Shown here one piece after another: positions 55,784 through 64,000 of a stretch of DNA of 64,000 nucleotides. Within the stretch, counting starts at the first letter, position 1; every line of letters starts with the position of its first letter. A program made the translations under genes and the position numbers. The notes below the pieces were generated by a model. The model was not told the origin of the DNA. It did not search any database and saw only the letters and a list, made by a program, of their open reading frames with translations. The DNA lies in contig CAWJYV010000010.1 of assembly GCA_963847185.1 (NCBI GenBank), positions 544,001-608,000 on the forward strand, read 5' to 3'. The stretch comes from an uncultured Methanosarcinaceae archaeon (lineage in GTDB: Archaea > Halobacteriota > Methanosarcinia > Methanosarcinales > Methanosarcinaceae).

Positions 55784-56173
55784 TAAACCCCCTCTAATGC
55801 CATAGTTCAACTAATAATTCAACTACGATCAATTTTCTGTTACGAAATAAAAGCGCAATGAATCCCCTATTAAAACTGAAGTTACAGAGTATTATTTCTG
55901 CAGTTTATATTTTACGATTATTATATAAATTTATAACCTTTAAAATAAGATTTTAAGAATACAAAGTTCAAATAATAAAAATCTTAATTTTAAATAGTGA
56001 AAAATGAGATTATAAAAAATAATTTAAATACCAAGTTGGGAGCCTAAGCTCTTAGCTGACAAAGCTCTCAAAGAATAACCTTTTAGCTGGTGAGTTTCCC
56101 GAAAGATAAATTTATAGCTTCCGAAATCCCTAAAAATAAACCATTAGCTGGTAAGCTCCCTAAAAATAAACCA

Positions 56174-57481
56174 TTAGTTGATAAGCTTCCCGAGAAAATA
56201 ACCGGGTTTTGCAGCAACGATTTCCACATCAGCATACTGGCCTGGCTTAAGATTAGAGCCGCTAATGACGACGGGACGATAAGAGTCAGTTCGGGTGAGG
56301 ACATCGCCCATTTCCGTGAATTTCGAGACAAAGGCCCTGCCTCTCCAGCCAATCATTGCCTGCTTGGAATTCAGCTTGACCTGTTCGCAGACCCTGTGTA
56401 ACTCTTGGGAGCGCTTCACAGAAATCCGGGAGTCGAGATTTCGGAAGAAAAAGGCTTTCGTATGCGGACGGGGGGAGTAACGAGATACGTTTACTTTTTC
56501 AGGACGGTACTTCTGTATCCATTCCACAGTTTCTCGGAAATCGTCATCGGTTTCATCGCAAAAGCCTACGATTATATCGGTGAAAAGGGAGAGGTCTTCG
56601 AAACGGGCTCGGAATTTCGTAATGATCATATCCACTGCATCCATTTTGTGCAGCCGGTTCATTTTCTTCAGCACTGAATGAGAGGCTGACTGGATTGGAA
56701 GGTGGAGGAGTTTGAATATCTTATCGGAATCAAAAGCGTCCACAAGGTCATCAAGAATTGGAAGGACTGAAAATGGATTCATCATTCCGACTCTAACCTT
56801 GAAATCGCCAGGGATTTCCGAAATCAGGCACAGAAGCTCCGGAAGTTTGAAACCTGTATCCATTCCGTACTGGCTGTCGTCCTGTGACGTGAGCCAGATT
56901 TCCCTGCAGCCTTCTGCAACTGCAGAACGGATATCTTCAACGATTTCTTCAGGCGGGAAAGATCTAAGTTTGCCTCTTGCATTTCTTACAATACAGTAGG
57001 AACAGGCGAAGTTACAGCCCTGGGAGATCTGGCAGATATGAATATTGGGATTTGTGCGCTCGCGAGGAACGTTCAGAAAGCCTAAGGGCTCAGAGCTTCG
57101 GATCTCAAGGTGTTCTCCTCCGGAAAGCCCCTGCTTTTTTCTCTGTTCGATTAAGGAAAGAAGATCTCCAAGACGGGAAACCGCATTTACGCCCAGGATA
57201 TGGGCTTCCGGATTTGCGTGCAGGATATCTTCAAGCTGGACTTCGGGCATGCAGCCTGAAACTATCACTTCTACATTCCTCTCTCCCATGCTGCGGATTT
57301 TGTAGAGAATCTTTTGCTCGGTTGTGTATTTTACCGTACAGGAGTTGCAGATATAGATTTCTGCCTGGTTGGCATTATGAGGGCCAAGCAGCTCGTGCCC
57401 AAGCTTCTCTACACTGGCCTTCATGATCTCGGCTGATGCCTGGCTTGCTGAACAGCCAAAACTTTCAAGATAAACCTTCAT
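56174..57481 (-). CDS. MiaB-like tRNA methylthiotransferase (archaeal t6A37 type)
   Basis: ESFGCS, NSCTVK, GCMP, radical-SAM CNFACSYC motif and C-terminal TRAM domain. Confidence 0.9.
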   Translation of the reverse strand: MKVYLESFGCSASQASAEIMKASVEKLGHELLGPHNANQAEIYICNSCTVKYTTEQKILYKIRSMGERNVEVIVSGCMPEVQLEDILHANPEAHILGVNAVSRLGDLLSLIEQRKKQGLSGGEHLEIRSSEPLGFLNVPRERTNPNIHICQISQGCNFACSYCIVRNARGKLRSFPPEEIVEDIRSAVAEGCREIWLTSQDDSQYGMDTGFKLPELLCLISEIPGDFKVRVGMMNPFSVLPILDDLVDAFDSDKIFKLLHLPIQSASHSVLKKMNRLHKMDAVDMIITKFRARFEDLSLFTDIIVGFCDETDDDFRETVEWIQKYRPEKVNVSRYSPRPHTKAFFFRNLDSRISVKRSQELHRVCEQVKLNSKQAMIGWRGRAFVSKFTEMGDVLTRTDSYRPVVISGSNLKPGQYADVEIVAAKPGYFLGKLIN

Positions 57482-57615
57482 ATTTTGACTCTAAATTTTT
57501 TACTTGAATTTATGATTTTAAATCTTGCAGTTGAAATTTGTAGGCTTGAATTGTGCTTCTTAAAAATTATTTTTCAAAAAAGATAATAAATAGGCGAACG
57601 AAATAATAAAAGGAT

Positions 57616-58713
57616 TTAGAGGTAGAGAGGAGTCTCCCGCTTATCCTTTATATAAATACTGTCTGTGAACCTGACAGCTCCTGATGCACCCATGGAGATT
57701 GTGTGCACTCTGGCATCTCCGCCGCCGAAGAGATTGGTTTCTCGCAGGAAATGGCCTGGAGTTACGGCTGTTGCTGAGAAGATGACATCTTTGCCTGGAA
57801 CAAGTTTGTCGGTATCGAGGACATCTTTAAGGTTCTGCAGGGTAATCCCCATTTTTTCAAGCCTTGGCATTTTTTCTTCGATTTCTTCATCGATCTTGTC
57901 CTGGCTTTTTCCGTTTGCGACCGTTGGCAGAACAAGCCTTGCAATGATTTTTCCACCAAGAATCTTTATTGCAGCAGCTGTCAGGACAGCTTCTCCCGAG
58001 CCTCCTGCACCCATAACCATGTGAATGCCTGACCCGCGGACTGCAGTTGCAACGCCTGGCATAAGATCTCCGTCAGTGATCAGCCTTACGCGGGCTCCCG
58101 CTTCCCGAATCTCGGTTATCTTCTGGGCATGCCTTGGCCTGTCAAGAATAACAACAACAAGCTCTTCAATATTTCTTCCAAGAGCCTTTGCAACGATCTC
58201 GAGATTGTGCTTGACAGGTGCATCCAGATCGATTTTTTGATCAGGATGATCCATCTCATAGCGCACAACATCCGGTCCCACAACTATTTTGTCCATATAA
58301 ATATCTGGACCGTGGAAAATTCCGCCTCTTTCAGCCATTGCCATAACAGCAACAGAACCAGGACAACCGTCAGCAGTAAGGTTTGTTCCTTCAAGAGGAT
58401 CGACTGCTATGTCTACTTCAAGATCTCCTATGCCTGTTCCAACCTGCTCCCCTATGTAGAGCATGGGAGCTTCATCCCTTTCTCCTTCTCCTATTTTGAT
58501 TATGCCCTTCATATCAAGCTTGTTTAGCATTCTTCTCATGGCGGCTACAGCTACCTGGTCTGCAAAATGCTTATTCCCGCGCCCCATTTGATAGGCTGCG
58601 GCAATGGCAGCAGCTTCGGTCACCTGAATAAGTCTGGGTAACAGCTCACACTCAATAGGTCCTGAACATTCAATCATTTCTTCTACTGTCTTTGGGTGAG
58701 GTATAACAATCAA
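57616..58713 (-). CDS. glpX: Class II fructose-1,6-bisphosphatase
   Basis: IGEGERDEAPML, VDPLEGT, ILDRPRH and ITDGD motifs. Confidence 0.93.
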   Translation of the reverse strand: MIVIPHPKTVEEMIECSGPIECELLPRLIQVTEAAAIAAAYQMGRGNKHFADQVAVAAMRRMLNKLDMKGIIKIGEGERDEAPMLYIGEQVGTGIGDLEVDIAVDPLEGTNLTADGCPGSVAVMAMAERGGIFHGPDIYMDKIVVGPDVVRYEMDHPDQKIDLDAPVKHNLEIVAKALGRNIEELVVVILDRPRHAQKITEIREAGARVRLITDGDLMPGVATAVRGSGIHMVMGAGGSGEAVLTAAAIKILGGKIIARLVLPTVANGKSQDKIDEEIEEKMPRLEKMGITLQNLKDVLDTDKLVPGKDVIFSATAVTPGHFLRETNLFGGGDARVHTISMGASGAVRFTDSIYIKDKRETPLYL

Positions 58714-59061
58714 CTCCCATTACTGCTTCCTGATTACTAAATTTTTCCGGCTATTTCCTCTGCCTGTTATGTAGTTTTGTCTGTTTATGTGCTTTCTTAA
58801 CACAATAGTATATTAATGAATCTATCGGCCGCGTTGGAGACAGATTTTTATCTTATAAAACGCTTATCGCAGAAAGCTCTGCAAATAAAATAACTTCAAA
58901 CACATTTTAAGATTAAATATTAAGTTAAAAAATACAATAAACTCACTAAAAAGGTTTTGCTTTTAAATTTAATGACCTGGAAAGCATGAATTAAAAAAAT
59001 GGCTCAAAAACAAAACTTCGACTCAATGTCCTTCTATTAACCTGTTCAGGGAGAAATAAAC

Positions 59062-59787
59062 GTGAAAATTCACTGCCTCCAGCACCTTAAGAACGAAAAC
59101 CTGGGAAGCATAGGAACCTGGATTTTCCAGAGAGAACACACCCTTATGAAGACCCTGCTTTATGAGAATGCTCTTTTTCCCGAGCCCGAGGAATTTGACC
59201 TTCTTTTGATAATGGGCGGCACTATGAGCGTTTATCAGGAAGAAGAATATCCCTGGCTAAAGCCTGAAAAGGAATTTGTAAGAAAAGTTCTGGAATCCGG
59301 AAAACCAATACTTGGAAGCTGTTTTGGGGCGCAGCTGATTGCCGATGTGCTCGGAGGAAAAGTAACAAAAAACCAATTTAAAGAAATTGGATGGCATAAA
59401 GTCAGATCCGGACAGGGTAAAAATCTCAGCAGTACTATTACAGGCTCGGAACTTCCACTCTATCTGTTTCCAGAATTTATTGCTTTTATGTGGCATGGAG
59501 ACACCTTCGAAATTCCGTCCTGTGCAGTGAAACTTTTTGAGAGTGAAGCTTGCCCGAATCAGGGTTTTATTTACAATGGAAATGTTTTAGGACTTCAGTT
59601 TCATCCTGAGGCTGACAGGCAGTGGGTAAGAAACCTTCTCAATGATTCGGGGCATGAGCTTGTTCCAGGGAAGTATATTCAGTCCGAAAAAGAAATCTGG
59701 GGACAGGAAAGTTATTTTGAAGGATCAAAGGATCTGGCTTTTTCTTTGATGGACTGGTTTGAGAAAAGGTGCAAAAAAGAAGGTTAA
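59062..59787 (+). CDS. Type 1 glutamine amidotransferase (GMP synthase-like)
   Basis: GGTMS, GSCFGAQ, WHGD and LQFHPE motifs. Confidence 0.88.
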   Translation: MKIHCLQHLKNENLGSIGTWIFQREHTLMKTLLYENALFPEPEEFDLLLIMGGTMSVYQEEEYPWLKPEKEFVRKVLESGKPILGSCFGAQLIADVLGGKVTKNQFKEIGWHKVRSGQGKNLSSTITGSELPLYLFPEFIAFMWHGDTFEIPSCAVKLFESEACPNQGFIYNGNVLGLQFHPEADRQWVRNLLNDSGHELVPGKYIQSEKEIWGQESYFEGSKDLAFSLMDWFEKRCKKEG

Positions 59788-59922
59788 AAGGAAATTCGAA
59801 CGAAAATAGCAGTTCAAATACAAAGGGGAATTTAATAGAAAGAAAATTTTGGGTATAAATGCTAATTCCCGGGATCAGTTCGGAAATAAATGCTAATTTC
59901 CGGGATAACCTCGGTTTTCCTT

Positions 59923-60453
59923 TCATTTTGCAAAGTCAACGAGCGCTACTCTTTCAATCACGAGTTCAGGAATGTGTCCTTCTCCGGAAGCTTCAATCTC
60001 TGCTTCTGTAATCCCGAACTGAGAAAGAATTCCTTTTTTTTTAGGTTCAGAATAAGCAAGCAGCTCGTTACACGGCTTTTCTTCAATTAATTCTCTAATT
60101 GCAGAGAGAGCCAGAATCAGGTTATCCATTTTTCCAAGCAGTACAAAAACCGCATTATTCTCTCCTTCTCGCAGGCCTATGGAAAAACTTCTTTCGATTT
60201 GTCTTTCTCCTGCCGCATAACGCATGATCTCGATTCCTGGATCTTTTGCTATGTTTCTGCCTGCAGCAACTGCCCTGAGAGCCTTTCCAACTGCAAAATG
60301 AAGATGCCTTTCACCTGCAATCAAGTCTGCGTTCAAGCCCTGAATAGTAATTTCATTTTCGGAAGCGATAGAATTTACGGTTTTCAGGAAGCCGGAAAGA
60401 TTCGGGATCCGCACGGTTCCGCAGACTATCTGGATTTCCCTTTGCATTTCCAT
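59923..60453 (-). CDS. cgi121: KEOPS complex subunit Cgi121
   Basis: A..IAGERHL..AV.KA, EIMRYAAGERQI and ERVAL motifs. Confidence 0.88.
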   Translation of the reverse strand: MEMQREIQIVCGTVRIPNLSGFLKTVNSIASENEITIQGLNADLIAGERHLHFAVGKALRAVAAGRNIAKDPGIEIMRYAAGERQIERSFSIGLREGENNAVFVLLGKMDNLILALSAIRELIEEKPCNELLAYSEPKKKGILSQFGITEAEIEASGEGHIPELVIERVALVDFAK

Positions 60454-60878
60454 GCTCCTGCCATAGTACAGACTTTACAATAAGGATTTCGGTTGTGAGT
60501 GAAAAATTAGTGAAAAAGGGTCGGTAAGATTCAGAAAGCAGACTTTTTTACTACTTGCAGGAACAAACAAGAATGTATTATTAAGCAAACAGAGAAAACA
60601 AGAAGAAAAAATAAGGAGATAAAAGAAAAGCCGAGAACTCTCAAAAAGGGCTATAAATTATTAAACTTTTACGAACCAACTCAACCACAATCAGCCCCAG
60701 CATTACTAAAAAGAAAAGAATCAAAAGGTTGAGAATGATCGGGTCAATTATTCTTCGAACTGCCCCTGGTCCATACACTCAAATTCCCATATATAATAAT
60801 GACAGATTGATATATAATTATTTTCATAATTTTATATTTTTCAACTCCATATAATATCAATGTTTACTGTCACTGTTC

Positions 60879-61661
60879 TCATGTTACCCCTTTTTGATCG
60901 CCTTCTTCAATTACCTTGACAAAGTGTCTGTCCGATAGATCTTCTTTTCCGGACCAGAAGATCGCCTTATGGTATTTCCAGACATCAGGGTCAAACTCAA
61001 GGATCCCTACATGGACTATAACCTCAAAGACAAACCAGTACGCTGCAAGCAGATGTAATACACGGATTAATCCTAAAGCACTCATATTAAATGGAGATGC
61101 AATAAACCAGAATATAGAAAGAATCCATTGTGAGATCGGAATTCCAAAAGGACTCCAGGTAAGGCTGTAAAGTACCATTCCTGTAATTGCAACCAGGAAA
61201 ATTGCAGTGCTTTCGAAAATAATCAAAAGCTTGAGTCCTGGATGGAGTTTTGTTTTATAGTGTTCATCAGGCTCGTCATAGATCGTAAAAGCCGGATATT
61301 TGCCCTTCCCGAAAAAGTTCTTGATTATATCTACAAGGCGTTCTGCATCAGCTTTCCCAAACAGATAAGATTCCTTGAAATGCTCCAGCCTGTCTTTAAC
61401 ACCACACCTTTCCCCTTTGCAGGATAATATGTTGTAAGGAACCAGAAGCCAGTTTGCAACCAGGAAAAAAGGTACAGCAATCATGTGTAGAGTCCGAGCT
61501 GTTTGGAAAGACATGAAGCCCCAGAGAAAATAGATTTTGAATCCTGTAATAAGAAGGATAAACAGGGCAATAAGATGCACCAGATGAGTAAGCCTCTCAA
61601 GCCAGTTATAACGTAAAACAATTAATCTCCTGGAAGCTGGTCTTTCAGCGGATCGTACCAT
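60879..61661 (-). CDS. Hydrogenase cytochrome b subunit (VhtC/VhxC)
   Basis: ERLTHLVH, LHM, LHLL...VHV heme-ligand His pattern; downstream of the large subunit. Confidence 0.88.
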   Translation of the reverse strand: MVRSAERPASRRLIVLRYNWLERLTHLVHLIALFILLITGFKIYFLWGFMSFQTARTLHMIAVPFFLVANWLLVPYNILSCKGERCGVKDRLEHFKESYLFGKADAERLVDIIKNFFGKGKYPAFTIYDEPDEHYKTKLHPGLKLLIIFESTAIFLVAITGMVLYSLTWSPFGIPISQWILSIFWFIASPFNMSALGLIRVLHLLAAYWFVFEVIVHVGILEFDPDVWKYHKAIFWSGKEDLSDRHFVKVIEEGDQKGVT

Positions 61662-61675
61662 ATTTCTAGCCTCCT

Positions 61676-63466
61676 TTAGACTATCCTGATAGTAGAATTA
61701 GGATGCTTCCCGGTTTTGTCGATTGTATGAACCGCGCATGCGAGGCAAGGGTCATAAGACCGAGCTGTATGCAGGATCCCGAGAGGATTCGAATAATCTA
61801 CTCCAAGGGCATTTTCTGCAGCCGAAATTTTAGTGCCTATAAGGGCCTGCTCAACAGGGCTTGGAATTCCCTGAGAATTTCTGGGAGCAAGGTTCCATGT
61901 ACTCGGAACTACAGCCTGGTAAAGGGTTACCATTGAGTCCGGGCCTGTTGCAACCCAGTGCCCCAGCGCCCCTCGGGGAGCTTCCCATAAACCCATACCT
62001 GCGGAACTCTCTGCCATAGAGAGGTCGGTATGTACTGCAACCTTTCCGCCCGCTTGAATATCCTGCGTAAGCCATTTCATAAGTTCTGGGAACACTACCA
62101 GGATCTCCTGCATCCTTGCAATCATACGGGTGTAGTTATTGACAGGATAGTAGCCGTTATCTTGAAAAGTTTTTACCAATCCCGTAACAAGTGGTTCTCC
62201 CATAATCATCATACGAGCAATGGGGCCGACCTCACACGGAATTCCAGCATAATTAGGGGCTTTCGACCATGAATAACGGCTATTCGATCCTTTTGTATAA
62301 TCGATCTTTTCAGGGTCCTCTTCTGGAACCGTAACCCCATTCCAGGGAGGACGATCATTTTCCTCATCAATGTAAAAGGAGTGACTAATGCTTTCTGAAA
62401 TCTTTCTGTAATCGAATTTTTCAAGCTTGAAATATCCATTCATATAGCCGGAAGGTATAACCCTGCTGTCTGCAGGACTTGTAGGGTCATATCCGTCTCC
62501 TTTCTCAGGCTTGAAGAAAACCCCATAAGAAAGAAAGCCGATTTTGTCCGGGTCTTTATATCCTCCTGCATGGTCCATTTTCAGACTAATAGGCAAGCCG
62601 AGAAGTTTTTCTCCAACAAGTTCCGAACCAAAAGCTGCGAAAAGCGGAACGTCTCCCCATCCTGAAGAATGCGAAAAATCATTACTAATAAGAGATTTAT
62701 CCAGAAGTTCCTGTAGGTGCCCAATGACGAAATTAACAGCCTTTTGAGGAGAAGAGGCCCTGTAAGTATTTTCAATCCAGGTATCGGGAGAGACACCAAG
62801 AGTAAATGCTTCAATAAATTCCATGGTCTTCGATACATAACCTACAATTTGCCCGATATCAGCAACCGTCGGAGAATAAACTACTCCTCCAACATTCTGA
62901 AGAACCGGATGGGGCATTTTGCCGGCTATCAGAGAAATGGCTTCGTGCAAGCGGCGGAATTCCCCTATAGCACCGAGATAGGACGAGCCAGCTGGATAAC
63001 TTGTACCGTTAAGCTGATAAATCAAAGGCGCAAAACGCCCGGGAAGTTCTTTCCACACTGCATTTCCAACATCCCCGTATTTTACCAGAATATCACGGTA
63101 AGCCGGGTTTGCAAGATCAGGGCCCCAGAGCACGTAGATATGAGCTGCATGGCTGGCTATGTAATTAAGACTCTGGTGAATATTTCGCATTACAAGAGCG
63201 TTTTTGGGAACCTCACCTGCAACTCCGAAAAGTTCGTCCAGGGCATTTGCTGCAGTTATGCCATGGCTAACCGGGCAGACTCCACAGATCCTCTGGGACA
63301 GAAGTACCGCATCCCTGGGATCATGCTTCTGAAAAAGCCTTTCAAAACCCCTTAACTGCAAGCCATTACTCTGGGCATCAGTAATCACACCTTCCCCATT
63401 GACTTCGGTATTGATCCTGTAATGCCCTTCAATTCTCGAAACAGGATCAACAGTGACCTGTACCAT
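61676..63466 (-). CDS. Methanophenazine-type [NiFe] hydrogenase large subunit (VhtA/VhxA)
   Basis: [21 protein letters not shown] and DPCLACAVH plus cleavable tail. No maturation protease gene follows the cytochrome b gene, which fits a vhx/vho-type operon. Confidence 0.92.
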   Translation of the reverse strand: MVQVTVDPVSRIEGHYRINTEVNGEGVITDAQSNGLQLRGFERLFQKHDPRDAVLLSQRICGVCPVSHGITAANALDELFGVAGEVPKNALVMRNIHQSLNYIASHAAHIYVLWGPDLANPAYRDILVKYGDVGNAVWKELPGRFAPLIYQLNGTSYPAGSSYLGAIGEFRRLHEAISLIAGKMPHPVLQNVGGVVYSPTVADIGQIVGYVSKTMEFIEAFTLGVSPDTWIENTYRASSPQKAVNFVIGHLQELLDKSLISNDFSHSSGWGDVPLFAAFGSELVGEKLLGLPISLKMDHAGGYKDPDKIGFLSYGVFFKPEKGDGYDPTSPADSRVIPSGYMNGYFKLEKFDYRKISESISHSFYIDEENDRPPWNGVTVPEEDPEKIDYTKGSNSRYSWSKAPNYAGIPCEVGPIARMMIMGEPLVTGLVKTFQDNGYYPVNNYTRMIARMQEILVVFPELMKWLTQDIQAGGKVAVHTDLSMAESSAGMGLWEAPRGALGHWVATGPDSMVTLYQAVVPSTWNLAPRNSQGIPSPVEQALIGTKISAAENALGVDYSNPLGILHTARSYDPCLACAVHTIDKTGKHPNSTIRIV

Positions 63467-64000
63467 TATTTTTCACCTCCGGTTTCCTCTGGAGTGCTTT
63501 CTTCGGCAAAGCCTTCTTCGTCCTCAGGTCTTTTCATGACAGTTCTCCTAACAGCGTGAGCACCTGCAGCAAGCAGTGCACCTCCTACTGCCACGCCCGC
63601 TATAGTAGTGATATTCGTACCTACAATTCCAGTTTTCTCTATTTCCACGAAAAAAGGCCTTGATGAATCCGGGAAGCCAGGTTCAACGCAGGATATACAT
63701 GGAGAACCTGCCATCGGACATAAATTAAGGTGGCCGTTCCAGTGGCGAGTACCACAGTCGGCATGAGAATAAGGACCCTTGCACCCCAGTTTCCAGAGGC
63801 ACTTTTCTCCACCTACTGTCAGGTCAAATTCTCCACGGTCATAGTATCCGCGACGAGGACAGTTATCATGGACAACATGGTCAGGCGGGAAGAAAACCTT
63901 TGGACGCTTCCATTGATCCAGTACATAAGGTAAATCATCAGGTACCTTTATCTTTCCCAAAACAACTGCACCTATTGTCAAAAATACCCAGTCGGGATGT
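63466..64000 (-). CDS. [NiFe] hydrogenase small subunit, 3' part (VhtG/VhxG)
   Basis: [29 protein letters not shown] motifs and C-terminal TM. Confidence 0.9.
   Translation of the reverse strand, partial: HPDWVFLTIGAVVLGKIKVPDDLPYVLDQWKRPKVFFPPDHVVHDNCPRRGYYDRGEFDLTVGGEKCLWKLGCKGPYSHADCGTRHWNGHLNLCPMAGSPCISCVEPGFPDSSRPFFVEIEKTGIVGTNITTIAGVAVGGALLAAGAHAVRRTVMKRPEDEEGFAEESTPEETGGEK

Overview
AT-rich archaeal chromosomal window that is very probably from a Methanosarcina species, based on the pta-ackA operon, methanophenazine-type Vht/Vhx hydrogenase, DUF1608 S-layer proteins and tandem ADP-dependent sugar kinases. Most of it is housekeeping: radA, coaD, nfo, cbiMNQO, cca, ogg, pfkC, argC/argJ, hsp20, pgk, udg, ferredoxins, ack/pta, a MiaB-like enzyme, glpX, cgi121 and vhxGAC. 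Scattered 1-bp indels hit even the essential cca gene, so some frameshifts are probably assembly errors. Four things stand out. (i) Two tandem NLR-like NACHT-HEAT genes at 47.2-54.4 kb; the second has about 13 near-identical 93-bp repeats that vary at fixed positions and ends in a DUF4062-like tail. (ii) A recurrent ~40-bp hairpin element that precedes defence-like cargo three times and brackets the second NACHT gene in inverted orientation. (iii) An island at 41.4-46.8 kb of tiny genes interleaved with a TCAGTGACC-Nx-GGTCACTGA palindrome family and a MITE. (iv) A gene at 55.1-55.8 kb split only by one in-frame TAG, a pyrrolysine read-through candidate. No rRNA, tRNA, CRISPR array or transposase was recognised.
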